A DNA stretch of 64,000 nucleotides, from IMG/VR virus record IMGVR_UViG_2928424016_000001, positions 1 to 64,000 of that record; one strand, written 5' to 3'. The notes beneath the pieces are model-generated. The model had not been told where the DNA came from, made no database searches, and worked only from the letters and a program-made list of their open reading frames with translations. A program made the translations under genes and the position numbers. The DNA is from a virus (lineage: Duplodnaviria; Caudoviricetes). Of this stretch, positions 25,551 to 35,700 are shown one piece after another (position 1 is the first letter of the stretch; every line of letters starts with the position of its first letter).

Positions 25551-26477
25551 ATGACGAAATACGCACGCAACAAGGCCCTGCTGGTGAAGCTTGAGGCGAC
25601 CTATGGCGAGGATGCCGCCCCGACCGGGGCGGCCAATGCCATGCAGGCGGGGAATTTCAACTTCGAGCCGCTGCTGGGCACTGATGTCAGCCGCGACCTG
25701 ATCCTTCCTTACATGGGCCATCAGGGCGTGATCCTGACCGGCAACTATGCCCGCCTCGCCTTCGATGTCGAGGTGGCGGGATCGGGTGCGGCCGGAACCG
25801 TACCGGCCTGGGGCGTTCTGATGCGGGCCTGCGGCATGGCCGAGGTGATCACGGCGGCAACGGATGTCAAATACACGCCGGTTTCCCGCGATTTCGAGGC
25901 CGCCTCGATCTATTTCGTCAATGACGGCATCAAGCATGTGCTGCTCGGCGCACGCGGCACCTGGAAGCTTTCGATGCAGCCGAGCCAGATTGCCCGTTTC
26001 AGCTATACGCTGACCGGTCTTCTCGGCACGATCACCGATGACGCCAACCCGGTAATCGACCTCACCAAATTCATCAAGCCGGTTCCGGTTTCCAAGGCAA
26101 ACACCACGTTTTCGCTGCTCGGCTATGCCGGGGCCTGCGAGGCGTTTTCCTTCGATCTGGCGGGCGATATCCAGCCGCGCCTGCTGATCAATGAAGAGAG
26201 CATCGAATATACCGACCGGCAGATGACCGGCGAGGCGACGATGGCCGCGACCTCGCTTGCCACCGTCGACTGGTTCGGCAAGGCGCTTTCCCACGAGACC
26301 GGCGTATTGGCTGCCCAGCATGGCAAGGCGGCGGGCAATATCGTCCAGTTCGATGCACCGCGCGTGCAGATCGGCCGCACGACCTATGAGGAGAACCAGA
26401 AGATCCTCAACAACAAGATGCCGATGATGTTGCTGCCGAGCGCCGGCAACGACGAATTCACCATCACCGTCAAGTAG
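25551..26477 (+). CDS. Major tail tube protein (non-contractile)
   Basis: 308 aa, before chaperone and tape measure; no sheath gene. Confidence 0.82.
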   Translation: MTKYARNKALLVKLEATYGEDAAPTGAANAMQAGNFNFEPLLGTDVSRDLILPYMGHQGVILTGNYARLAFDVEVAGSGAAGTVPAWGVLMRACGMAEVITAATDVKYTPVSRDFEAASIYFVNDGIKHVLLGARGTWKLSMQPSQIARFSYTLTGLLGTITDDANPVIDLTKFIKPVPVSKANTTFSLLGYAGACEAFSFDLAGDIQPRLLINEESIEYTDRQMTGEATMAATSLATVDWFGKALSHETGVLAAQHGKAAGNIVQFDAPRVQIGRTTYEENQKILNNKMPMMLLPSAGNDEFTITVK

Positions 26478-26509
26478 GCCCTGAAGGGCGTTCAAAGAGG
26501 CTTTGAAGC

Positions 26510-26956
26510 ATGTTCAAACTCGTACCCACCCTGACTGCCTGGTGGCCCGTTTCCGTGCTGGAACCGGATAATGACAATCCCGGCACGCTGAAGGAGGCGA
26601 CGTTCGAGGTCGAACTGGTGATCCGGGGCAAGGACGAACTGAAGCCCTATGACGATCAGCGCGCCGACCTGATCAACCGGCTGCCGTCAGCCGAGGATTA
26701 TGCCACCGATCTGAGGGCTGCCTCCGACGCGGCGACCCGGGTGAGGGCAGAGATCGAGGATCATGACCGGCGCATGTTTCACCTGATGGTCAGCAACTGG
26801 CGGGGCGTGGTCGATGCCGATGACCAGCCACTGCCGTTCAGCCCTGATACTCTCGACATGGCGCTCGGCTTTGACCGTATCCGCGTGGCGCTGAACCGCG
26901 CCTATGAAGAAGCCGTCTCGAACGACAAGGCCCGATTGGGAAACTTGAAGAACTAG
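26510..26956 (+). CDS. Tail assembly chaperone (G-like)
   Basis: Position; ends with slippery G-GGA-AAC. Confidence 0.8.
   Translation: MFKLVPTLTAWWPVSVLEPDNDNPGTLKEATFEVELVIRGKDELKPYDDQRADLINRLPSAEDYATDLRAASDAATRVRAEIEDHDRRMFHLMVSNWRGVVDADDQPLPFSPDTLDMALGFDRIRVALNRAYEEAVSNDKARLGNLKN
26938..26944 (+). other. -1 programmed ribosomal frameshift heptamer GGGAAAC
   Basis: In-frame XXXYYYZ; the -1 frame is open from 26938 into the 27013-27312 ORF. Confidence 0.85.
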
Positions 26957-27012
26957 CCCAAAGCTGGGCGCGGCATCGGACCGGCAAGATCGACCGGACG
27001 AAGCCGCAGATC

Positions 27013-27312
27013 GTGACCGAGAGCGTGCGCGACGAATTCGCGGCTTTCGGTCTGGTGGTCGAGGTGGAAGAGGCGGGCGAGGTGATCCATCCGGTCGCCG
27101 CCTGCAATTGGCAAAGCCTCACGGCCTTTCTCGCCTGTGACACGCAATGGCGGGTCGTCGGTGTCGGGCTCGGCGGCATGATCTGGATCGGCCTCGATTA
27201 CACCGCCTGCGATGTCGTCTTCCGGCGCGGGCACTTTGCCGATCAGGCCTGGGACGATGTGCGGGTGATGGAGGAAGCGGCGCTGCCGATCCTCAACAGC
27301 GGAGAGGAATGA
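27013..27312 (+). CDS. DUF1799-like chaperone T segment (GT fusion)
   Basis: TQWR...GLDY motif; reached by the -1 shift. Confidence 0.78.
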   Translation: MTESVRDEFAAFGLVVEVEEAGEVIHPVAACNWQSLTAFLACDTQWRVVGVGLGGMIWIGLDYTACDVVFRRGHFADQAWDDVRVMEEAALPILNSGEE

Positions 27313-30300
27313 TGGCCGCCCCTTTGAAACTTGGCATCACCGTCGCCATGGATGCAAGCGGTGTTACGGCCGGTGCGCAGGCCACCCGGCAGGCGATTGC
27401 AGGCATCGGCACGGAAGCTGTCACCAGCGCCACGAAGCTGCAGAAGCTGGTCGATGCCGAGCTCGGTCTTGCCCGCCCGGCGGCCAATTCCAATTCGCGC
27501 GCCGCAGACATTGCCGCCTATGGTGCCGAGCTCGACCGGCTGCGCGCCAAATTCAACCCGCTCTATGCCGTCACCGCCACCTACAAGACGGCGGTGGCCG
27601 AGATCCGCCAGGCGCATCGGCTGGGTGCGATTTCCGCCGATGAGATGACGGCGGCGATCAGCCGGCAGCGGCAGGCGACCCTTGCCTCGATCGATGCGAT
27701 CAAGGGACGCAATGCCGCGATCAGGGCGGGGCAGGGTGGTGGTGGGGCAAACACGTCCTTTGCCGCCACCAATACGATGTATCAGTTTCAGGATATCGCC
27801 ACGACCGCCGCCATGGGGATGAGCCCGGCGATGATCGGCCTGCAGCAGGGCAGCCAGATTGCCGGTGCCTATGCCGGATTGTCCCTGAAGGATGCCGCCA
27901 AGACCACAGCCTCGGCGCTGACCTCTCTTCTCAGCCCAACCTCAATCGCAGCAATCGCGCTTACCGCCGGTGCGGCTGCCGCGATCCAGTTCGGCATGGG
28001 GCTGTCGCAGTCGAGCAGTGACGCCAAGAAGCTTGAAGAGGTGCTGGGCAGCCATGCGGAGACGGTCGAGCGGCTGAAGAAGCAATATGGCGATCTGGGC
28101 TCGGCGATCAAATCCGCCATGCCGATCGGCGGCGCGGGCTTTACCGACGCCTCCGCCCGAAACGAGATCGCCACGCTGGAAACGGCGATCAAGAAACAGT
28201 CGGAAGACCTTGCCACGAGCTTCGGCGGTTTCTTGAAGGGCGGCCTGCTCGGCTCTTCCACCGCCGGGCTCGACGCGCTCCTTTCCACCGATGCCTCGCC
28301 GTTCCAGAAACAGGTCAACGATCTTTTGACCTCGGTGCGGGCGGGCAAGGGCGATCTCAGCACCTTCCAGACCGAGATCGAGAGCGCCTTCGATGCGCTT
28401 CGCCAGTCCAGCGATGCACCGGCCAAACTGAACGCGGAGATGGAGCGGCTGACGGCCGCCGCGCAGGATGCCTTTTCCGTTTCGCCGAAGTTCGAGCCGT
28501 TCCAGGCCGAAATCGCCAAGCTGACCCTCGGCCTTAAAAACGGCAATGCCGACCTCTCTGACTTCGCGACTAATGTCAGCCGGATCGGGCAGTTGAACGG
28601 CCTTCAGAAGGTGGCCGACGAGGTGATCCTCGCCTCGAAGGGGGCCGTAGAGCTGGCCGAGACCTTGCGCGAGGTCCGGGCGATCATCCAGCAGATGGAT
28701 CGGGAGGACACGCGCTCCGGCCTGTCCGCCCAGCGCGAGACGGCACGCTATGTGAACCTTCGGGCGGCGGCTCTGCAGGACGCCAATGCAAAGTTTGCCG
28801 CCGATCAGCAGTTGATCCTGGCTCAGACCAATGCCGAGAAGCTTGCAGCGATCGAGGCGCGGGTGCGTGCCTCGGCCAGAGAGGACGGCGACAAGGATGG
28901 CGGCTTGCAGGCGCGGATCGACCGGGAACTGACCGCCGAGCGCAACAGGCAGGCGGTGGAGGCGCGCAATGCCACGCTCGCGCGGACCGAAAGCATCCAG
29001 CAGACCATCGCCCAGCAGCGGCTTGAGCTTTCTCTGATCGGTCAGACGACGGCGGCGCGGGAAGAGCAGCTTTTTGCCGAACAGCAGATTTCGACCATCC
29101 GGCAGGAGGCGGCCCGGACGGGTGCGGCAATCGACGAGCAGGAAATCAGCCGTATCCGCCAGAAGGCTGCCGAATACGGGCGGCTGAAGGCCGAGATCGA
29201 GGCGGCCAATTATCTGCAGAGCCAGACCGCAAATCTCGACCGGCTGCGCTATCAGACGGCGATCGCCACGCAGCCGGTATCGCAGCAGTCGGCGCTTCTG
29301 GCGCAATATGATGCCGAGGTCAAAATCCGCGAGCTTGGAGCCGATCCGACATCGGACCGGGCCGAAGCGATCCGGCGGGTGGCGCGTGAGACAGCCGCCT
29401 GGAACACTCAGCTTGCCAGAACCACCGAGGCCTGGAACGCCGTCCAGCAATCGGCCGGCAACACCATCGACAGCATTGTCGACGGTCTTTCCTCCGGCAA
29501 TATCAAGGATGCCCTGAAGACCATCGTCAGCGACATCAACAAGACCTTTCTGGAACTGGCGATCAAGAACCCGATCAAGAACGCCTTGCTCGGCACGAGC
29601 TCCGGCACCTTGAGCGATGTCGGCGGCATCGGCGGCATCTTCTCCCGGCTGTTCGGCGGCGGCTCGTCCAGTGCCACGTCGCTTGCCAGCAAGGCGCTCG
29701 GCCAGTCGGTGGGCACCATGCAGGTGGCGGCCGGAACCGTGATGCTGAATGGCGGGGTGACCGGCGGCCTGACCACTTTGCTTGGTGGCACTCAGACTGC
29801 TGCCAACAGCAATTCCAGCCTTCTCGATCTTTCCTCCTATCGCAAGGCCATCTCCTCGATCGAAAGCGGCGGCAACTATTCCGCGCTCGGGCCGCTCACC
29901 GCCTCCGGCGACCGCGCTTACGGGGCCTATCAGGTCATGGGCGCGAACATTCCCTCCTGGACGAAGGCAACGCTCGGCACGTCGATGACGCCGAACGAAT
30001 TCCTGGCGAGTTCAGAAGCGCAGGATGCGGTGTTCAATAAGTATTTCGGGGCCTCGGTTGCCAAATACGGCAATGCCCAGGATGCCGCCTCGGTGTGGTT
30101 TTCCGGCCGTCCGCTGTCGAGTGCCGCCAATGCCTCGGACGCTCTCGGCACGACCAGCACCGCCTATGTCGACAAGTTCAATTCAGCGCTCGGCAATGTC
30201 ACCGGATCGACCAACAGCGCCGCTTCCGGGCTGAGCGGTCTGAACAGCGCCACCGGCGTTGCCGCCAAGGGGCTGGACGGTCTGGGCTCCGGCCTCGGCA

Positions 30301-30848
30301 AGTTCGGCCAGATCCTGGCGCAGGCACAGGCCTCCGGCAATGGCGGGCTCGTATCGCTCCTCGGCAGCCTCACCTCCTACGGTCAGTCGGTCTTCAATTC
30401 GTCGAGCCAGTTCCAGTCGGCGATCTTGAATGGCGGTATCGGGCTTTATTCCAGCGGCGGCTATACCGGCGACGGTGGCCTCTATGAACCGGCCGGTGTT
30501 GTCCACAAGGGCGAAATCGTCTGGAGCCAGGCCGACATTGCCCGTGCAGGCGGCATGCATACGGTCGAGGCCATGCGGCTTGGCAAGCGCGGCTATGCCG
30601 ATGGCGGTGTCGTCGACAGCTATCCGACGCCGAAGCGCCTCTGGTCGCCCGCCAACGGCAATGACGGTTCCGGCAAGAGCCTCTCGATGCCGCGCAGCGC
30701 CACCATCACCCTCAACATGGCGGGAGCCTATGGCAAGGACGAGATGCGCGCCGAAGCCTATGCCGGCATGCAGGCGGCGCTCGATGAATATGACCGGGCG
30801 ATGCCGGACCGCATGCAGGAGATCAGCGCGCATCCGAGGTGGCGATAA
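27309..30848 (+). CDS. Tape measure protein with a lysozyme/transglycosylase-like domain
   Basis: Ala-rich helical body; IESGGNY...GAYQVM; C-terminal GGYTG...AGVVHKGE. Confidence 0.92.
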   Translation: MMAAPLKLGITVAMDASGVTAGAQATRQAIAGIGTEAVTSATKLQKLVDAELGLARPAANSNSRAADIAAYGAELDRLRAKFNPLYAVTATYKTAVAEIRQAHRLGAISADEMTAAISRQRQATLASIDAIKGRNAAIRAGQGGGGANTSFAATNTMYQFQDIATTAAMGMSPAMIGLQQGSQIAGAYAGLSLKDAAKTTASALTSLLSPTSIAAIALTAGAAAAIQFGMGLSQSSSDAKKLEEVLGSHAETVERLKKQYGDLGSAIKSAMPIGGAGFTDASARNEIATLETAIKKQSEDLATSFGGFLKGGLLGSSTAGLDALLSTDASPFQKQVNDLLTSVRAGKGDLSTFQTEIESAFDALRQSSDAPAKLNAEMERLTAAAQDAFSVSPKFEPFQAEIAKLTLGLKNGNADLSDFATNVSRIGQLNGLQKVADEVILASKGAVELAETLREVRAIIQQMDREDTRSGLSAQRETARYVNLRAAALQDANAKFAADQQLILAQTNAEKLAAIEARVRASAREDGDKDGGLQARIDRELTAERNRQAVEARNATLARTESIQQTIAQQRLELSLIGQTTAAREEQLFAEQQISTIRQEAARTGAAIDEQEISRIRQKAAEYGRLKAEIEAANYLQSQTANLDRLRYQTAIATQPVSQQSALLAQYDAEVKIRELGADPTSDRAEAIRRVARETAAWNTQLARTTEAWNAVQQSAGNTIDSIVDGLSSGNIKDALKTIVSDINKTFLELAIKNPIKNALLGTSSGTLSDVGGIGGIFSRLFGGGSSSATSLASKALGQSVGTMQVAAGTVMLNGGVTGGLTTLLGGTQTAANSNSSLLDLSSYRKAISSIESGGNYSALGPLTASGDRAYGAYQVMGANIPSWTKATLGTSMTPNEFLASSEAQDAVFNKYFGASVAKYGNAQDAASVWFSGRPLSSAANASDALGTTSTAYVDKFNSALGNVTGSTNSAASGLSGLNSATGVAAKGLDGLGSGLGKFGQILAQAQASGNGGLVSLLGSLTSYGQSVFNSSSQFQSAILNGGIGLYSSGGYTGDGGLYEPAGVVHKGEIVWSQADIARAGGMHTVEAMRLGKRGYADGGVVDSYPTPKRLWSPANGNDGSGKSLSMPRSATITLNMAGAYGKDEMRAEAYAGMQAALDEYDRAMPDRMQEISAHPRWR

Positions 30849-31486
30849 TGGCGGCCCTTGCCCTTTCCGAATTGTTCGATCTTCTGCCGATTGCCTCGGT
30901 GACCTGGTCGATCCAGCGCAATGACGAGTTTGACATGCTGGGCTCCGGCGATGTCTGGCAGGCCGAGCTTGCTGTGCCGCTGTGGACGGCGGAGATCTCG
31001 CTTGGGACCTCCAGGAACGACGAGGCGACAGAGGTCGCGGCGCTGATCCGCAGCCTGGACGGGGTGCGCACGGCTTTTCTGGTTTGCGATCCGATCCGGT
31101 CCTATCCGCTGCTCGATCCGCAAGGGGTGAGCATTGCCGGTCACGCCATCACCATCCGCGAGATCGGCGCGGATCGGGTGACGGCGCGTATGACCGGCTT
31201 TCCACCCGGCTATACCCTTTCCAGAGGCGACAAGCTGCAGATCACCTATGGCGGCCAGATCGCCTTTGTCGAGGTAAGCCGGACGATGGCTGCCGATGCC
31301 GAGGGTCATCTCGATGCGCCGATCTTCCCGCGCCTGCCGCTGGCGATTGCTGCCGGCATGGCAGTGACGCTCGCCCGGCCGGCCTGTCCGATGATCATCG
31401 TTCCCGAAAGCCATAATCCGGGCGAGGCCCGCCGGACGACGACATCCGGGGCAGGTTTCAAAACCATGCAGAAGCGGAGGACCTGA
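30848..31486 (+). CDS. Distal tail-like protein
   Basis: Directly after the tape measure gene. Confidence 0.7.
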   Translation: MAALALSELFDLLPIASVTWSIQRNDEFDMLGSGDVWQAELAVPLWTAEISLGTSRNDEATEVAALIRSLDGVRTAFLVCDPIRSYPLLDPQGVSIAGHAITIREIGADRVTARMTGFPPGYTLSRGDKLQITYGGQIAFVEVSRTMAADAEGHLDAPIFPRLPLAIAAGMAVTLARPACPMIIVPESHNPGEARRTTTSGAGFKTMQKRRT

Positions 31487-32115
31487 TGCGGGATATCGAT
31501 AGCGCCACCTTGACCGCGCTGGAGCGCGCGCCGATTGACGGCTTTGCCCCGAGAACGCTCGCCTGGTTCACCGCAAAGGAACGCACGACCGGCAATTCTG
31601 TCGGGCGCGGCTTCTGGTCCGGGGATGAGGATCTGAACCTGACGGTGTTCGGCGGCATTGACGGGTCGCTGGTCAGCCGTCCCTATCTTGCGGCGGGCAA
31701 TCTCTTGAAGATCAGTGATATTCCGCAGACCTCGGATTTTACCGTCCAGACGATCACCATCGACATTTCCCAGATCGCTACCGCCGCCCGCCAGCTGGTG
31801 CGCGAATACGATTTGAGGCTCGGCAAGATCGAGATCCACGAATTGCTGATCGATCCGAAGACCGGCGAACAGATCGCGCCGGGCATGATCATCTTCATGG
31901 GCGAGATCGACGGCGCACCGATCAAGACGCCACGTGCCGGCGGAACGGGATCGGCCTCGATCAAGGCCGTTTCGGATGTCATGTCGATGCTGACCCGCTC
32001 CAATCCGGTCAAAAGCTCCTATGAGGGCCAGAAGGTGCGCCAGGACGACCAGTGGGGAAAGGACACCGCCGTGATCGCCACCTGGAAGATCGCCTGGGGC
32101 CAGAAGTCCACCTGA
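31486..32115 (+). CDS. Tail hub/baseplate-like protein
   Basis: GFWSGD motif; position. Confidence 0.65.
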   Translation: MRDIDSATLTALERAPIDGFAPRTLAWFTAKERTTGNSVGRGFWSGDEDLNLTVFGGIDGSLVSRPYLAAGNLLKISDIPQTSDFTVQTITIDISQIATAARQLVREYDLRLGKIEIHELLIDPKTGEQIAPGMIIFMGEIDGAPIKTPRAGGTGSASIKAVSDVMSMLTRSNPVKSSYEGQKVRQDDQWGKDTAVIATWKIAWGQKST

Positions 32116-32198
32116 GCATGCCGCTTGCGATGTGAGCCCGATTTGCTATGTATTTGAAAGGTTCTTGAAGGGTGTTTGAAGCCCCTTCAAACCGCCCC

Positions 32199-32243
32199 CA
32201 CAAACGCTTGTGGCTGTTTTGCCGCCATGCCTTGAGCCAGTTT
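32199..32243 (+). promoter_or_regulatory. Late promoter (tail-tip operon), prophage 1
   Basis: CACAAACGCTTGTGGCTGTTTT-N17-CAGTTT. Confidence 0.72.
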
Positions 32244-32312
32244 GCTCGGCATGCACCAGATCCGCAAAATCCACTCTGCCTTGCCTGATCACGCTCCTTC
32301 GGGGGCGCGCTG

Positions 32313-32741
32313 ATGCAGACGCTTGTGCGGGTGAAGGACTGGCGGTCACGGTTCGAGGCGGCAATCGACGAGATCAAGGCGCGGCCTTTCGAATGGTCCG
32401 TCCATGATTGCGGACCGGGCCTTGCCGGCCGTCTGGTCGAGGCGGTGACCGGTGTCGATCTGACAGCCTCCTTTTCCCCCATGCCCTATCATGACGAGGC
32501 GAGTGCCGCCGCCGTCATCCGGGCGGCGGGCTTCGAGACGCTCGGCGCGCTGGTCGCCTCGCTGCTGCCGGAGATCCATCCGAGCCAGGCGCAGATCGGC
32601 GACATTGCGGCCATTGCCTATGACGGGCCGATCGGCCATGCGCTGGGCGTGGTGAACGGCGAGCGGATCTTCGTGCTGCGTCCGCAGGGGCTCGGAACCG
32701 TCAGCCTGCTTCAGGCGACGATGGCCTTCAGGGTGGGCTGA
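32313..32741 (+). CDS. NlpC/P60-like tail assembly protein (DUF6950-like)
   Basis: FEWSVHDC...GDIA...HALGV motifs. Confidence 0.72.
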   Translation: MQTLVRVKDWRSRFEAAIDEIKARPFEWSVHDCGPGLAGRLVEAVTGVDLTASFSPMPYHDEASAAAVIRAAGFETLGALVASLLPEIHPSQAQIGDIAAIAYDGPIGHALGVVNGERIFVLRPQGLGTVSLLQATMAFRVG

Positions 32742-35700
32742 ATGGTCTTCAAAACCGTTTCCATTCTGCTCTTCCTGCTGATCTCGGCCGACGCCGCTTA
32801 TGCCGGGCCGGTGGGTGCGGCGGTGGCCGCAGTCGGCTCGTTCTTTGCCACCGGCATCGGCAGCATGGTCGGCCGGGTGGTGATCGGGCTTGGCCTGTCG
32901 CTCTTGCAGAAGGCGTTGACGGGCAAGAACAAGACCGCTGCCGCCGGCCAGGTGCTGGAAATCAAGATGGGCGAAGACCAGCCGATGAGCTTCATCATCG
33001 GCTCGCGTGCCGTGGGCGGGCGGCGGAAATATATCGGCACCTGGGGCAGCGACGGCAGCACGCCGAATGCGTTTCTCACCGACGTCATCGAGCTTTCCAA
33101 CCTGCCGTCCTATGCTGGGCCGCAGGGCCTCAACAGTGTCTGGATCGACGACAAGAAATGCACCGTCGACTGGTCGCGGCCGCATGCCGACGGGCGCGGC
33201 TATCCGATCACCGAGTTTCGCAAGAACGGCAAGGATTATCTCTGGCTCAAATATTATGACGGCACCCAGACGGCAGCCGACAGCTTTCTGGTCGCAAAAT
33301 TCGGCGGCAATGCCGACCGGCCCTATGCCTCCGACCGGATCGGGCGCGGCGTGCAATACATCATCCTGACGGCCCGCTATAACACCGACCTGTTTTCCGG
33401 CATGCCGACCGGCATTTATGAACCGAAGCCGACGCCGTTTTACGATCCGCGCAGGGACAGCACCAATGGCGGCAGCGGCACGCATCGCTGGAACGATCCC
33501 TCCACCTACGAGCCGACGCTCAATCCGATCACCGCCGCCTACAACATCGCACGCGGCATCTATTATGACGGCGACTGGTTTTATGGCGGCCAGAATGTCT
33601 CGGCGCACCGCCTGCCGAATGCCTCCTGGTTTGCCGCCGCCAATGAATGCGACCGCACCGTCAACGATGCCGCGCAGTTTCGCTGCGGACTGGAAGTGAC
33701 GCTCGATACCGAGCCGCTCGACGTGCTGGAGGATCTGCGCATTGCCTGCGCCGGCCGCTTTGCCGAGGTCGGCGGCTTCATCAAGCCGCTGGTCGGTGCG
33801 CCGGGCTCCGCCGTCTATTCCTTCGACGACGATGGCATCGTCGTCAGCAAGGATCAGGATTTCGAGCCGTTCCCGTCGCTCAAATCCACCCATAACCGGG
33901 TGGCCGGCACCTATCCGGAGCCGGAGGAGAAATGGGCGACCAAGGACGCGCCGGAAAGCCGCAACCTGACGCTCGAAGCAGAAGACGGCAATCGCTCGCT
34001 GCCGGTCTCGGTCTCCTTTGCCGCCGTGCCCTATTCGGCGCAGGTGCAGTCGCTGATCGAGACTATGGTGAAGGAGCAGCGCCGCTTCCGCACCCATGTT
34101 GTGACCCTGCCGCCGCTGGCTGCCGCGCTGGAGCCGAACGACGTCGTCGCCTGGACGTCGGAGCGCAATGCCTATGCCAACAAGAAGTTTCTGGTCACGG
34201 CCAATAACGGCCAGTCCGGCATGCTGCGGCAGGTGTCGCTGACGGAGATCGACCCTTCCGATTACGATCCGCCGGAAACGATTGTCGCGCCGGTGATCGG
34301 CTGGACAGGGCCGGTGACCGCTCCCGTCCAGGCGATGACAGGGTTTCAGGTCGAGGCGGGATCGGTGACCGATGCCGACAGCCAGCAGCGCCGCCCGGCC
34401 ATCGTCGTGTCCTGCGCCAGCGATCTCGATGATGTGGCCCGCGTCTGGATCAAGATCCGCGTCAAGGCGACCGGCATCGTCGTGCTCGACACCGATGCGC
34501 TGCCCTACGGCGCGCCGGCCCGATGGACGCTCTCCGGCACCTGGTGCCTGGCGCTAACCGAATACGAGGTGCAGGGCAAGCTGGTGCCGGTGACGGCGCG
34601 GGAAACCGACTGGTCTGCCTGGATCGACGTGACGACGCTCAATCTGTCGGAATCCTCCGATGTGCTCGACGGCTCTATCGTCACGTCAAAGCTCGCCGAT
34701 GCGGCGGTGACGGCCGCCAAGATCATGGACGAGGCGATCACCAGCCTGAAGCTCGCCGACGATGCCGTGACCACCGCCAAGCTTGCGGTCGCAGCGGTGA
34801 CCTCCGAGATCCTGGCCGCCGGTGCGGTGACGGCGGCGAAGCTCGCTGATGCGGCCGTAACGGCCACTGCCCTGGCGGCGGGTGTGGTCGATGCCACCAA
34901 GCTTGCCGCGAGCATCGAAGCGGTCAAGGTGGTCACGGCGCTGCCAACCAGCCGGGTCGCGGCCTATGTGACCTATAACGGCGTGAGCTATCGCTGGAAC
35001 GGTTCGGCCTATGTCAATTCGGTGGCGACCTCCGAACTGACCGGACAGATCATCAGTTCGCAGGTGGCGGATGCGGCCATCCAGGCGGCAAAGCTGGCCG
35101 ACAGTGCGGTGACCACGGTAAAGATCGCGGCCAATGCCGTGACGGCGGATCAGGTAGCGGCAGGCGCGATCACCGCCAAGCACCTGGTGCTGACGGATTT
35201 CACGAACCTGGTGCCGGACAACCAGATGCAGGACCCCGGCAATTCCTGGTCCGGCGCGGGCTGGAGTTCGTGGAGCGATGCCTATCTCGGCGGCATGGCC
35301 TCCAAATCCCAGATGGTCTACACCTATGTGGCGGGCCAGACCGGCTATAGCGCCGCGCTGATCAGCCGGATGTTTCCGGTGGTGGCCGGGGCGCAGTATC
35401 GCGTCACCGGCTCCAGCTATTCCAATGGCAAGCAGGCCCCGCTGCTGCGCATTCACTGGTTCACAGTGACGGGCGCGGAAATCTCGTTCTCGGCCATTCT
35501 CGATGTCAGTGGCGGTTCCACCTCCAGCTATCTGACGGCGACGGTCAATGTCACGGCTCCAGCCGGCGCAGTCTATGGCCGTATCCAGGCCTATGTGCAG
35601 CGCTCGAACATCAACAACCACGTCTATGTCGGCGGCTTTGTCGTCAACCGGCGCAATGCCGCCGAACTGATCGTCGATGGCTCGATCACCGCCAATGCCT

